Assembly (NCBI GenBank): GCA_041937175.2
Contig: CP166615.1
Span: 576,001 to 640,000, forward strand
From: Limnothrix sp. BL-A-16
Lineage (GTDB): Bacteria; Cyanobacteriota; Cyanobacteriia; CACIAM-69d
DNA: 64,000 bases
Reading direction: 5' to 3'
In this document: in pieces, positions 1 through 11,300 of the stretch
Numbering within the stretch: position 1 is the stretch's first letter
Layout of the letters: each line of letters starts with the position of its first letter
Translations under genes and position numbers: made by a program
Notes under the pieces: generated by a model
What the model saw: only the letters and a program-made list of their open reading frames with translations
Told to the model about the DNA's origin: nothing
Database searches by the model: none

Positions 1-141
1 ATGATCATTGCTCTCACAGCGTTGGCGATGCCAGGCGATCGAGAACGCTGTCTCAGCGCGGGTGCAAATGACTACTTCACAAAGCCAATCAAGCTCAAGC
101 AACTAGCAGTCAAGATCCAAGAGCTATTAGCTGCTAAATAG
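1..141 (+). CDS. 3' end of a receiver (REC) domain protein, probably a hybrid histidine kinase (partial)
   Basis: Frame 1 reads [34 protein letters not shown]...stop at 139-141, a typical REC C-terminal half. Confidence 0.8.
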   Translation: MIIALTALAMPGDRERCLSAGANDYFTKPIKLKQLAVKIQELLAAK

Positions 142-147
142 CGGAGC

Positions 148-1389
148 ATGACGCTGAAATCTCTTGGAAAAGCACAGAATAGCAGGAGACAAATGATGAC
201 CATTCCTTCCATCTTAGTTGTTGATGATGAGCCGGATAACTTTGATGTTATTGAGGCTTTTTTGAGCGACCAGGATTATCAACTCCACTATGCCTGGAAT
301 GGTCTAGAGGCGCTGAAATCTCTACATGTTTTCCAACCCGATGTGATTTTGTTGGATGTGATGATGCCCGAGCTGGATGGGATCACCACCTGCCAAAAAA
401 TTAAGGCGATGCCCGAATGGAAATCAGTGCCAATTATTATGGTCACTGCTCTCAGTGATAAGGAGGATCTGGCTCGCTGCATTCAAGCAGGAGCCGATGA
501 CTTTATCAGCAAGCCGGTTAACAGTACAGAACTGAGAGCACGAGTGCAATCGATGCTGCGCATTCGGCAGCAGTATCAAAGCATCCAAGAACTATCCCAA
601 TTACAAGAAAGAACGATCGACATTCTTCAGGGTAGTCTTGATGAACTGCGAGGCAGTTTGTCGATGAGTTTGCCTCACGAATTAAATACCCCTTTAAATG
701 GAATTTTTGGTGTTCTGGGCATCCTCATTGAGGAACATGAGGATATGGATCATGAGGAAATCGCAGAGCTATTGCAGCTTGCTAAAACCTCAACCATGCG
801 TCTGGAGCGGGTCAGCCGCCGCTACCTGAACTACATTCAGCTCGTCCGTGATAGCAGCCTGAAATTAGTGAATAATTCAGCGATGGCAGTCAAGGCCGAA
901 GGGGCAATTCCTGAGATTGCGCTGGAAACCCTTGACAGCGCTGAGTGGATTGCCAACGCTTCAGGCTCTCAGGCGAACTCGGTTAAGCGATCGGCTGATT
1001 TGGTTTTGGATTTGGCTACTGCGCAACTGTGCATGTCGATCAAGCATTTGCAAACCATTATTGAGGAATTGCTGGACAATGCCATCAAGTTTTCCCAGGC
1101 AGGTACGCCGATCACGATTAAAACGGAGCCGATGGATTCCTGGTTGTACTTATCCATTACGAATCAAGGGCGCGGCATGACTGAATTGCAAATTGCCCAA
1201 ATTGGAGCGTTTATTCAATTTGAGCGCCGCAGTTATGAACAACAGGGGCTCGGGTTGGGGTTGGCGATCGTTCAAAAATTGATCGATCGCTATGGTGGCT
1301 CACTCCTGATCCAAAGTGTTGTAGATCAAGAAACCACGGTGACGGTAAAATTACCCCTCGCAGTTCAACCTCAAATGGCCATGGTTTAG
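148..1389 (+). CDS. Hybrid response regulator / sensor histidine kinase (REC-HisKA-HATPase)
   Basis: VVDDE and LLDVMMP REC motifs; H-box PHELNTPL; N-box ELLDNAIKF; G2 box GLGLGL. The true start may be the ATG at about 193-196. Confidence 0.9.
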   Translation: MTLKSLGKAQNSRRQMMTIPSILVVDDEPDNFDVIEAFLSDQDYQLHYAWNGLEALKSLHVFQPDVILLDVMMPELDGITTCQKIKAMPEWKSVPIIMVTALSDKEDLARCIQAGADDFISKPVNSTELRARVQSMLRIRQQYQSIQELSQLQERTIDILQGSLDELRGSLSMSLPHELNTPLNGIFGVLGILIEEHEDMDHEEIAELLQLAKTSTMRLERVSRRYLNYIQLVRDSSLKLVNNSAMAVKAEGAIPEIALETLDSAEWIANASGSQANSVKRSADLVLDLATAQLCMSIKHLQTIIEELLDNAIKFSQAGTPITIKTEPMDSWLYLSITNQGRGMTELQIAQIGAFIQFERRSYEQQGLGLGLAIVQKLIDRYGGSLLIQSVVDQETTVTVKLPLAVQPQMAMV

Positions 1390-1524
1390 GGTTGGTGCTT
1401 GTTCATGACTAGACAGTTAACTTTCAATGACAGGCACGAGATCACAGGGACAAGATGGGAAACAGGTTAAGATAGGGAAAATCTCTGCTTCCGTTGTCTT
1501 TTCCTCATTTATGATTACGCAGTC

Positions 1525-4299
1525 ATGGCTTACAGTTCAGTTCTGGTAGTTGACGATGAGCCGGATAATTTCGATGTCATTGAATCGTTACTGAGCGATC
1601 GCCCCTACCAGTTACACTACGTTTCCAACGGCATTGATGCCCTTGAGTCCCTAGACCTTTTTCAACCGGATGTGATCCTGTTGGATGTGATGATGCCTGG
1701 GTTGGATGGGATTGAGGTTTGCGCTCGCATCAAAGCCATGCCCAATTGGCACACCGTCCCGATCGTCATTGTCACGGCGCTAACGGAAAAAAAAGACCTG
1801 GCCCGCTGTATGGCGGCTGGGGCCGATGACTTCATTACTAAGCCCATTAACGGCATTGAACTGCGAGCGCGCGTGCAGTCAATGTTGCGAATTAAACAAA
1901 CCTATATTGATCTTGAACAGCAAGTCCAAACCCGCACCGCAGCGCTCCAAGCAAAGGCCGAGCGCGATCGGGTTTTATCAATTATTGCTACTCAGATTTG
2001 TGCGTCCTTTGATTTCAACGAAATTGTTGAAACCACGGTTCAGGAAGTGCAACAACTCTTCCAGTGCCGTGCGGTTGCCATTTGGCAATTACAATCCTCA
2101 ATTGCGGATCACAACAGCGAAGTGGCCACGGTGGTGGCCGCGGCCCAGGATCCGACCATGGCTCCGCTCTTGAAAGATCGTGACCAAATCCACCTGAGCC
2201 GCGTCAAACTGCAAGCCTATCAGCTTGAAAAAGGCGATGATGCCACGGTTCATTTTCAGGATTTGATGACCGATTGTCCTGAGAAATTTCCACGAACCGC
2301 TCACTGTCAACAGCTTGCCGTGCCCATCTTGCAAAATGAAAAGCTCTGGGGATTTTTAAGCGTCCTTAACTGTCAAAGCTCAGAGCATTGGCCCACGGAA
2401 GAACAGGAATTTCTAAAACAGCTTTCAACACAATTGGCGATCGCCCTTCAGCAGGCCCAGGCCTATCATCAATTGCAAACGGAGCTAAACGAACGACGAC
2501 AAACGGAAGTGCGGCTGCGGGAAAGCGAACAGCGCTATATCAACCTGGCCAATGCAGTGCCCGTTGGAATTTTCCGCACGGATGCCAATCATCAATGTCT
2601 TTACGTGAATCAACGATGGTCGCAGATTACGGGTTACTCCACCCGAGCGGCCATGGGGATGGGTTGGCTAGATTACATTCACCCGGATGATCAGGTGAAA
2701 TTCCAAGACGAATGGCAGCGATTTGTGAACGAACAACGGCCCTTTCAGTTGGAATATCGCTTGCGCAGTGATTGTCACGAAGAACCTTGGGTTTTTGGAC
2801 AAGTGGTGGCGGAATACGATGCCCAAGATCAGGTGGTGGGCTATGTGGGCACGGTGACGGATATCAGCGCCCTGAAGCGAGCCGAAGCCCAAATTCTGCA
2901 CAATGCCCTACATGATTTGCTGACGAATTTGCCCAACCGATCGCTCTTAACGGAGCGCTTGGAGTTGGCCATTAACCGTTCAAAGCGAGTTAGCAGTTAT
3001 CGCTATGCGGTGCTGTTTTTAGATCTAGATCAGTTCAAGGTGATTAATGATAGCTTGGGGCACTTAATTGGCGATCGGCTGCTAGTGCAAATGGCCCAAA
3101 ACCTCAAAAGCTATTTGCGCTTCAGCGACTTTCTCGCCCGAGTGGGGGGAGATGAGTTTGTGATTCTCTTGGAAGATTTGGAAAGCTTGGATGCGGCGGT
3201 GCGCATGGCGGAGGGAATTCTCAGCAGCTTTGAAAGGCCGATCGCCATTGATGATTATGAAATTGTGATTACTGCCAGCATTGGCATTGTGTTGGGCAGC
3301 GCCGACTACGATCACCCCTCGAATCTGTTGCGGGATGCGGATATTGCGATGTACCGCGCCAAGTCATCGGGGCGCAGCACCTACAAGATTTTTGGAGCAG
3401 AAATGCATCACCAGGCGATTAATCGCCTGACCTTGGAAACTGATTTGCGCAAGGCCCTAACCCAAGAAGAATTCCGGGTTTACTATCAACCGGTGATTAA
3501 TTTAGCCAAAGGCCGATTGGTGGGTTTCGAGGCTTTGGCCCGTTGGCATCATGCAACGCGGGGCTGGATTTCTCCGGCAGAATTTATTCCCGTGGCGGAA
3601 GAAACGGGCGTGATTCAACAACTGAGTCGATGGATTTTGCGCCAGGCCTGCCAACAATTGCTGCATTGGCAACGGTCTTTCCCGGAGTTTGCGCCCTTGA
3701 AGATGAGTGTGAATCTTTCGGCGCAGGAGTTGCGAAAACCAACGATGGTTTCAGAAATCTTGCAAACGTTGGATGAAGTGGGTTTGGAGCCGCATTATCT
3801 GACCCTGGAAATTACGGAGAGTATGTTAATTGAAGATATTAATCAGACGATCGAGCTGTTGACGGAGCTAAAACGTCACCATATTCAAATCAGCATTGAT
3901 GACTTTGGAACAGGCTACTCATCCTTAAGCTACTTGCACCGCTTGCCCGCTGACTATTTAAAAATCGACCGATCGTTTGTGGGGCAAATGGAAAAAGGGA
4001 ATCGCAATTTCCAAGTGGTCAGCACGATCGTGGCCCTCAGTAATCAGTTGGGTTTGGATGTGGTGGCGGAGGGGGTGGAAACCCAGCAGCAATTGCGGTG
4101 GCTGGAGCAGTTGGGCTGTGAATTGGGCCAGGGCTATTTGTTTGCGAAGCCGCTTCCCCCGCAGGAAATTGAGCGCCAGTTTTTTGCCCAGGGATCAAAT
4201 CCCGAATTGATCGAAGAGGAGCGACGAAGTGTGATCAATCAAAGCTTGATGAGCCATGACCAGTCCCGATCGGGGTCTTGTCCCGGTTCGTCGGTTTAG
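1525..4299 (+). CDS. REC-GAF-PAS-GGDEF-EAL diguanylate cyclase/phosphodiesterase
   Basis: REC N-terminus; GAF (LAVPILQNEKLWG...QLAIALQQA); PAS (IHPDD); intact GGDEF with RxxD I-site (RFSD); GFEAL; DDFGTGYSS. Confidence 0.92.
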   Translation: MAYSSVLVVDDEPDNFDVIESLLSDRPYQLHYVSNGIDALESLDLFQPDVILLDVMMPGLDGIEVCARIKAMPNWHTVPIVIVTALTEKKDLARCMAAGADDFITKPINGIELRARVQSMLRIKQTYIDLEQQVQTRTAALQAKAERDRVLSIIATQICASFDFNEIVETTVQEVQQLFQCRAVAIWQLQSSIADHNSEVATVVAAAQDPTMAPLLKDRDQIHLSRVKLQAYQLEKGDDATVHFQDLMTDCPEKFPRTAHCQQLAVPILQNEKLWGFLSVLNCQSSEHWPTEEQEFLKQLSTQLAIALQQAQAYHQLQTELNERRQTEVRLRESEQRYINLANAVPVGIFRTDANHQCLYVNQRWSQITGYSTRAAMGMGWLDYIHPDDQVKFQDEWQRFVNEQRPFQLEYRLRSDCHEEPWVFGQVVAEYDAQDQVVGYVGTVTDISALKRAEAQILHNALHDLLTNLPNRSLLTERLELAINRSKRVSSYRYAVLFLDLDQFKVINDSLGHLIGDRLLVQMAQNLKSYLRFSDFLARVGGDEFVILLEDLESLDAAVRMAEGILSSFERPIAIDDYEIVITASIGIVLGSADYDHPSNLLRDADIAMYRAKSSGRSTYKIFGAEMHHQAINRLTLETDLRKALTQEEFRVYYQPVINLAKGRLVGFEALARWHHATRGWISPAEFIPVAEETGVIQQLSRWILRQACQQLLHWQRSFPEFAPLKMSVNLSAQELRKPTMVSEILQTLDEVGLEPHYLTLEITESMLIEDINQTIELLTELKRHHIQISIDDFGTGYSSLSYLHRLPADYLKIDRSFVGQMEKGNRNFQVVSTIVALSNQLGLDVVAEGVETQQQLRWLEQLGCELGQGYLFAKPLPPQEIERQFFAQGSNPELIEEERRSVINQSLMSHDQSRSGSCPGSSV

Positions 4300-4487
4300 G
4301 GGATGGGGCAAATGGATGGCGATTGGAAATTGGGTTTGCGGAAGCTGGGTGTGCATAATGTCGCTGTTCGCAAATTCCACCATCAAACCCCTTAAGATGA
4401 TAGGCGCTAACCGCCCGATCGCCCGTTGGCTGGCTGCGACCCTTGCGGGCGATCGGGTTGTGTCCTTGGTCAATTTCACGATTCACT

Positions 4488-4895
4488 ATGCGCGTCTTCG
4501 TTCTACTCTTCAACGCCCGCACCGAAAATGAAGGAATCTACAGCATTTGGCTGCGAGATGGGGAAGGTGTGGAACGTAACTGTGTCCTGATGTTTGAGGA
4601 CGAGGACGATGCCACTCGCTATGCGGGCTTGCTAGAGGCTCAGGATTTTCCCTTGGCCACCGTGGAGCCGATTGAGGATGACGAAGTGCGGGAGTTTTGC
4701 AAAGAAGCGGGCTACGAGTGCCAGTTGGTGGCCCAAGGGGAATTGGCGATCCCGATGGAAACCAATCGATCGACCGATGACATGAGTTGGCAAGTGGAGG
4801 GTGAAGCGCCGCCCACGCCTAGTGAAGAGGATGCCGGATCCATGAGTGCTGCCGAGCTGGAGCGGATCCGACGGCGATTGGAGGGATTGCTCTAG
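4488..4895 (+). CDS. DUF3110 family protein
   Basis: MRVFVLLFNARTENEGIYS...VLMFEDEDDATRYAGLLEAQDF...RRRLEGLL matches the recalled cyanobacterial family. Confidence 0.8.
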   Translation: MRVFVLLFNARTENEGIYSIWLRDGEGVERNCVLMFEDEDDATRYAGLLEAQDFPLATVEPIEDDEVREFCKEAGYECQLVAQGELAIPMETNRSTDDMSWQVEGEAPPTPSEEDAGSMSAAELERIRRRLEGLL

Positions 4896-4941
4896 AGATT
4901 CCTGCCCTCGATATCCAATCGGGCGACAGTCATTGGAAATT

Positions 4942-6189
4942 TTAGGGATTATGCAGCACCGTGGACCAGCGACTGAGCAACCCTTCAGTTGCCTGAAGAC
5001 AGCGCTCACTGTCCCAACCGGCGGCACAACTGGCCGCGATCGCCGCCCCGCCGGCCCCAACTCCTTCCTTCACAAATCCAGCTTCATAGGCCCGTAACTG
5101 CGTCCAGGTGGATTGGGCAAAATTCAGCAAAGTTGTGAGCAGGATGGGTTCCTCCTCCGGTGGGGCGATCGCCTTGGCCAGGCCAATGGTGTCGCCGCTG
5201 GCATCGTAGGCCACCCAACGGGTTGTACCAACGGCGATCGCCTCCGGTTTCCAGGGCAACTGTCGGCGTTGGGCGATCGCCCGGGCCAGGGCATAGACCG
5301 CCAACATTTGGGTTCCCCCCGCCAACAGCACACCGCTGGTTTGGCTGGCCGCGAGGGCCATGCCCGCCGCCACCGGCTGCATGGGGTCGCCCACCGCCGC
5401 CACCACGGCCAGCGGATCTTGGTCGAGGGATCCTTGCACGCAGTGTCGATCGGGATGCCACTCGCCCAGACCCGATCGCCGCAAGCCCGTAAGAGCCAAG
5501 TCCAATTTCTGGGCATGGTTACAGAAAATATGGCTGCTGTTGACCCGGTTGGTGGCATCAATCCCCAGTCCCAACAGGACTGCCAGGGCCGTGCTGGTGC
5601 CGCCCACAACGCATTCAGAAATCAGCAAATAGTCCGGCGGCAGGGGGTTGCCCTCGGTGGCGAGCTGTTGTCCCAAACGATAGCCCGCCGCAAAGAGCTG
5701 CTCCACCACGGCCCGATCGAGCGCATAGCCCGTACTTAAACAGCGGGCTGGCAGTCCGCCCATGCGGATGTGGGGAATGGAGGGTGAATCCTGTAGCCCC
5801 GCATTGATCACGCGCAATCGCCAGTGAAGTGATTCCAAAATGGCCCGAGAAATCAAAACCGGCGAAGCCCCACCCGCTAAGGGCGGCAGTGGATAAGCTG
5901 GATTACCTCTGGGCCCATTCACCAAAAATTCCGCATCGGCCAGGGCCGTGTAGCGGCGATCGGCCGGAGTGGCCCCGGCCGCAGAGATGCCCGGAATCAA
6001 CCCCGTTTCCGTGAACCCCAACACACAGCTAAACAGCGGTTGTTGGCCGCGTCGTGATTGCACCCAAGCGCGTGCTCGATCGCCCCCCGCCAAAATTTGC
6101 AACGACGGGGGCAGCATCGAGTCGCAGTTATCCGCTGGCAATGGATCGATCGACAATGGCTGAATATCCTGTGGCTGCATCATTGCCAT
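4942..6189 (-). CDS. cobT: Nicotinate-nucleotide-dependent phosphoribosyltransferase CobT (TIGR00303 type)
   Basis: LGFTETGLIPGISAAG, SECVVGGTSTA, GDPMQ, LAGGTQM and YEAGFVKEGVGAGG motifs; start uncertain. Confidence 0.85.
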   Translation of the reverse strand: MAMMQPQDIQPLSIDPLPADNCDSMLPPSLQILAGGDRARAWVQSRRGQQPLFSCVLGFTETGLIPGISAAGATPADRRYTALADAEFLVNGPRGNPAYPLPPLAGGASPVLISRAILESLHWRLRVINAGLQDSPSIPHIRMGGLPARCLSTGYALDRAVVEQLFAAGYRLGQQLATEGNPLPPDYLLISECVVGGTSTALAVLLGLGIDATNRVNSSHIFCNHAQKLDLALTGLRRSGLGEWHPDRHCVQGSLDQDPLAVVAAVGDPMQPVAAGMALAASQTSGVLLAGGTQMLAVYALARAIAQRRQLPWKPEAIAVGTTRWVAYDASGDTIGLAKAIAPPEEEPILLTTLLNFAQSTWTQLRAYEAGFVKEGVGAGGAAIAASCAAGWDSERCLQATEGLLSRWSTVLHNP

Positions 6190-6216
6190 AGCGCAGATCG
6201 CCTGATCAAGCGTTAC

Positions 6217-6915
6217 CTAGTCTATCTCGAGTAAGGTTTGAACCCAGCGCGGCGGCGGCGGCAACCGCAGGCCCAACCGCTCAAAGACGGCCCAGGAGAC
6301 CAAATGCACCGCGAACACATACACGGCTGCGTTGACCAGGATCATCAAAACCGTTGCCCCTTGAACTGCTCCCAGTTCCGGCCGCCAAAGCAGACCCAAC
6401 CGGGTGGCTCCCCACTCCAGCAAGCCGGTGACCTGTACGGTGACATAAGTCCACAGATCATCCCCGAGCAGGGTGGAAACCAACGCAATTCGGAAAAACA
6501 GCCCCGTGGCGCTCAGGAGCGTTCCCAGGGCAATGGAACGGCCCCAACCCACACCACGCCGCCATAGACAGCCTAGCAAGACCCCCAGAAGTCCATAGGG
6601 CATCACGTATTGGATGCTGCGAGGCGGGCCCATCAGCACCGATAGCAAGAGTCCGGACACAATGGCCGCCATCCAAGCCGATCGGGATCCCCATCGGAGG
6701 TATACCAAGGCGATCGGGAGGGAAAAAAAGACCCGCAGCGCCGGCCCAAGGGGGAAATAAAAATTGACTAACCAAATGAGGCTGGCGGCGCTGGCTAAGA
6801 AGGCCGTTTCCACCAGGGCTAGCGGGGCGATCGTGTCTTGGCGGGGAGGCTGAAGTGGGCGGTTCTCCGGCTCGGGGGGTAAATCGGCGGGCGATCGGGG
6901 AGGGGAAACAGTCAT
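6217..6915 (-). CDS. DUF2232 domain membrane protein
   Basis: LVETAFLASAASLIWL...LRWG...LMGPPRS; multiple hydrophobic segments; lies next to cobT. Confidence 0.8.
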   Translation of the reverse strand: MTVSPPRSPADLPPEPENRPLQPPRQDTIAPLALVETAFLASAASLIWLVNFYFPLGPALRVFFSLPIALVYLRWGSRSAWMAAIVSGLLLSVLMGPPRSIQYVMPYGLLGVLLGCLWRRGVGWGRSIALGTLLSATGLFFRIALVSTLLGDDLWTYVTVQVTGLLEWGATRLGLLWRPELGAVQGATVLMILVNAAVYVFAVHLVSWAVFERLGLRLPPPPRWVQTLLEID

Positions 6916-6958
6916 GGGCTGAATCGATTGATGAAGATGGGTGTGTGATCAAGTGGCC

Positions 6959-8311
6959 CTAGATCGCCCCGATCGGTTCCAAAGCTACCGTGCTCGATCG
7001 CCCCCACACCAGGCCTAAATAGCGTCGCCAACGGGTTCCAGCCACGGCATCGAGAGCATACCACCCACTGGCCAAGCATTGAAATGGTGATTGGGCGGCC
7101 AGTGCTTGATAGTCCGGATCCGCGAGGGAATTGGGAGCCAAACTCGGGTGGGGCAACAGACCGGGCGGAATTTCCCCCGCCAACAGTTGCTGAATCGATC
7201 GACGGCAGGTGCGGCCGTGAATGCCATCTTGGGCCAAGGCTTCCAAGAGTCGGTCGATCGGTTGGGGTTCCGGGGTCAAATGGCGCAACAGGGCCGCAAA
7301 CAGAAAGTAGTCATCATAGGGTTTGGCATCGTCCCAGGGCGGACAGTCCACCAGCCGACTCAACCCCATGGCCAGTCGTCCCAGGGGTTGGGAGGGGGGT
7401 TCCCAATGGAGCGTGGCGCTGGGGCATTTTTGACGAAGGTAATCCTGAATCATCCGGGTCGGTTCGCCCGATCGGGGTTCCTGGGCGATCGCGCCACGCA
7501 ACAAAACCCGTTCCACCTTTTGGGGCGCAATGCCCGACTGGGCCACCAAATGATTGAGGGCTGAATTCAGGGTCTCGATCCATTGGGGCCAACTGTGCCA
7601 TGGGCCAGTTAAGCCGTGGGTTTGGCCCAGTTGTCGGCCAAAGTCCCGATCGAGCAAGGTGATTTGGGTTAGGTGGGATGGGGTTACGGGAGCTTGGGTG
7701 GGCGATGGGTGAAGTGGCAGGTGATCTTGCAGCGCCAGATCAATCACCCAGCAGCAGCCCCAACCTTGTAGCCCATCCCATCCCAAGGCCGCCCCCAATC
7801 CTTCGGCCGCCGTCATCACCCGTTGACCATGGGTGACCAAGCCAGCCTTCAGCACCAGTTCTCGACTGTTGAACCGAAAGGCCTCCCCGGAGGGCACAGG
7901 ATAGCCCACCACCACATCCTCAACCGATCGCAGCACCTGGCTCGGCACAGGTTTTCCGGTGGCGGTAACCCAGGCGATCGCCGGATCCTGCAATCTTGCT
8001 AGGGACTCGGCTAGCGTCTCTAGCAATTGTGGCAAGGGCCGCAATTCACCGGCCCAGGAGACCAGGGGATGTGCTTGGCCCGTTTGGGGACTGCGGTAGG
8101 GCAATCCTGCATCCAACAGCAACCGAGAGCCGCCGGATCCCGGTGACTCCCAATCCAACAAACTCCAGGGTTGAGCGAAGGTTGCGCCACTGGCTTGGAC
8201 TTGACCGAGCAGCCCAACCCGATCGGACTGGCGATCTCGCAGGGCCGCTGCCCAGAGGCCGTCTCCTAAGCTAAGGCCCAAACACCAGCGCCCATCAGTC
8301 GATCGGCTCAT
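6959..8311 (-). CDS. Hypothetical protein with a degenerate Hsp70/actin-like N-terminal strand
   Basis: 450-aa ORF; WCLGLSLGDG resembles the 'LGIDFG' phosphate-1 motif; VVGYP..GEAFRFNSRE; ATGA overlap with the upstream ORF at 8308-8311. Confidence 0.6.
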   Translation of the reverse strand: MSRSTDGRWCLGLSLGDGLWAAALRDRQSDRVGLLGQVQASGATFAQPWSLLDWESPGSGGSRLLLDAGLPYRSPQTGQAHPLVSWAGELRPLPQLLETLAESLARLQDPAIAWVTATGKPVPSQVLRSVEDVVVGYPVPSGEAFRFNSRELVLKAGLVTHGQRVMTAAEGLGAALGWDGLQGWGCCWVIDLALQDHLPLHPSPTQAPVTPSHLTQITLLDRDFGRQLGQTHGLTGPWHSWPQWIETLNSALNHLVAQSGIAPQKVERVLLRGAIAQEPRSGEPTRMIQDYLRQKCPSATLHWEPPSQPLGRLAMGLSRLVDCPPWDDAKPYDDYFLFAALLRHLTPEPQPIDRLLEALAQDGIHGRTCRRSIQQLLAGEIPPGLLPHPSLAPNSLADPDYQALAAQSPFQCLASGWYALDAVAGTRWRRYLGLVWGRSSTVALEPIGAI

Positions 8312-11300
8312 TCCTTCTTGGTTTCGTCCAGGTCTGTATCCGCCAGCAGGGATTCCGCCAGCAGCGCATCCAGCTCTGGATCCAGTTCGCCCAAGGGGGA
8401 AACCGCTGACTCACCAAATTCCGTTAGGGCCGCATCGAAGGCCGTCGGGTCAAAATCAGTCCCACCGGTCAAATCTAGGGCGATCGGATCCAATGAGCCA
8501 TCCGTTGACGCATTGGGCAGCTCAAAGGCTGCCATTCCCATGTCAAGGGCTTGATCCAGGCTGCTGATTTCCAGGGGATTCGCCGTCACATCATCCAGCG
8601 ACAGCGGCTCACCCATGGCCTCATCAAAGGAAGGTAGATCCAAATCCAGCGGATCCAAACCGGCCAGCGGCTCTGCGTTGGTTGTGGCCCCGTCGCCAAA
8701 GCCGAGATCCTCAGCCTCAGCATTGAAATCTAGAAGGGAAGGGGCGATCGCCCCATCATCCGTGGCCTCCCCCATCTCCAACAGCAGGTTATCCATCTCC
8801 AGCGGTGCAGCATCTCCTTCCGGGGCGATCGGGGGCGTGGAATCCGCGGCCCAATCAAAATCGCCTGCGCTGGCTTCTGCGGCCAGGTTGAGATCCGAGC
8901 CGAGATCCAGATCGGCAGCGAAGTCCGATTCATCCTCAGCGACAAGTTCCGGCAGTTCCAAACCTGAGTCATTGGCAAACTCCAGGAGCGGATCGTCATT
9001 GGCTTCACCAACCACCGCCAAGAAATCAGGATCCGCATCGGTTTCCAGATTGGTCTCCAAGTCCGCCAAGGGATTGAACTCCGTGGATCCCAAATCGGCC
9101 CCTAGACCCGGGTTGAAGTCAGCGCTGAAATCTGGCTCTAAACCCAAATCATCACCCACCTCATCGCTCAGCCCCTCGATGCCGAACGCCGTCCTGGGAT
9201 CGTCGCCCAAATCCTCGATCGGGGAATCCAGGTCATCGCCAAAGTCTAGAGACTCCAGGGATGCTGGTTGCTCTTCAGCTTCAGCGGCCGTTGACGGTTG
9301 ATCGCTGAACTCCACGAAATAGGCAGCAAGATCACTGGACTCCTCTGGATCAGCGACATTGGAATCGCTGGCGTTGTCTAAGTCAGTCCATGCGTCAGTC
9401 ATGAATTGACCTAACTCCATGGGAGCGCTGATGCTTGGATTGTCGGCGTTGCCTAGATCGGTCCATGCGTCAGGGGTCGCCGTCTCCGTGGCCAAGTCCT
9501 CGGCGGTCAAATTCTGCTCAACGGCCGGTTCCGCCAAGGCCGCTTCCCAATCCACCTGCTCAGGAAGATTGAGGGCTGCGTCGGTTTCCAGTTCCGGTGA
9601 CTCTGCTGTGGCCTCGAAATCCAGGGCATTGCCAAAAGCGTTGCTGATGTCACCAAAACTCAGGTCATCGCGCAACCCCGCGATCGCCTCTAAACCGGCA
9701 TCGAAGGGATCACTTTGGGTTTGTTCATCCGCTGGTAAGGACAGATCCAAACCCAAGTCGCCCACAGCAGCCGACTCGGCTGGGAATGCCTCTGCAAATT
9801 CGTTCGGCAACGAGGGTTCCGATGAGTCCAGCGGATCGGAAGACCAGTCCAGATCTGGGGTTTCCAGAGACTCAAGGGCTGCATCCCCGGAGCTGGCGAT
9901 CGCAAAATCGGTTGCTTCCGAGGTCAAATCGATCACGGAACCGATGGCCGCGTCGGTCGTGAAATCATTGGGTTCCTCGATCGCCTCATCCACCGGCAAA
10001 TCCAAACCCGGCAGCAGATCATCGCCAAAGTCTGCGCCAAAATCAGCCCCGGAACCGTCGTCCGGCAATACCAAATCGCCTACATCCGACCCTTCGGATG
10101 CCAACTCGGGTTCCAAGGCTGGCTGATTCGCCTCGCCATCCCAGAAATCAAACGTTACTTCCGCTTCGGTCTCTTCGATCGGTTGCCCCTGGTCGGAGGT
10201 CAACAGGCTACCGATGGGGGCGGCCAAGAATGCCAGGTTCTCGAAATCTGGGGTGTTGGGTTCGTCGGCCGGAGTGGACAGATCGAGATCCGCGCCCAAG
10301 TCTGTGCCCAAGGCCGCTGCCAGATCCGATCCTGGGTCGTCAGCCAGATCAGCGGCCAAGTCCAAATCATTCAGATCACCACCCAGCTCACTCGCTCCAT
10401 CGCCCTCCAGTTCGATGGCTCCCAGGTCAGCGACTCCAAAGTCTGCCAAGTCGCCCTTGTCCGGGTCAGCCTCCAAGCCCAGGGGGAGCGATTCAATATT
10501 GCCGGATAGGTCGATCGCCCCGAGGTCGCTGTCACTGGCCACATCTAGCGTGAGGTCAAGGCCGAGGTCATCATCCGCCGCGCCTCCCAGGAGTTCTGCT
10601 GGGGCCGCCGATTCCGCGGCCAGCAGATCTGAAGGCTCATCGGACCAGGATCCTTCAAACCCGGGCGTTTCTTCTGCCACGAAGCGGGTGTCGGGTGTGC
10701 CGTCGAAGGCAGACATCAACTCCGGCTCTAGTTCGATCGCTGGGTCAAGATCTTGCGCGAAAAGATCATCCTCGGACTGATCTAGCGACGGCTCAGGCAG
10801 TTGGCCAAAAGATTCCTCAAGGGGTTGCTCAAAAGATTGGTCAAACTGATTGAGCGGATTGAGCGGATCAAAGGTGGCAACGGCTTCCGGCGGGGGCAAT
10901 TCCAAAGTACTGGGAGCGATCGAGCTTTCGATCGGCTGTTCCTCTTCCTCCACTTGCCAGAAGGAATCTTCGATGGACGGGGCGATCGACTCCAGATCAT
11001 CACTGACCCCAGCATCACTGGGTTGCTGCCAAGCGGCCAGCTCCGCCCGCAAATCACCGCCCAAATCTTCCGACTCGGAAGCCAATTCGGCGGCCAGCGG
11101 CGGTAACTCCGGCTCCGGATCCAGCCCAAGACCGAAATCCAGACCAGCGCTGGGGTCAGGCTCGGAGGGGAATGCTTGAGCAAACTCTGAATCCTCGGCA
11201 TCGGGTTCCAGGGATGGAACGTCATTCCCCAAATCCCAAGCATCGGTCGGCTCAAGGGGCGAGCTACCCGCATCCGGGGCTTCCACCGCAATTTGATCCC

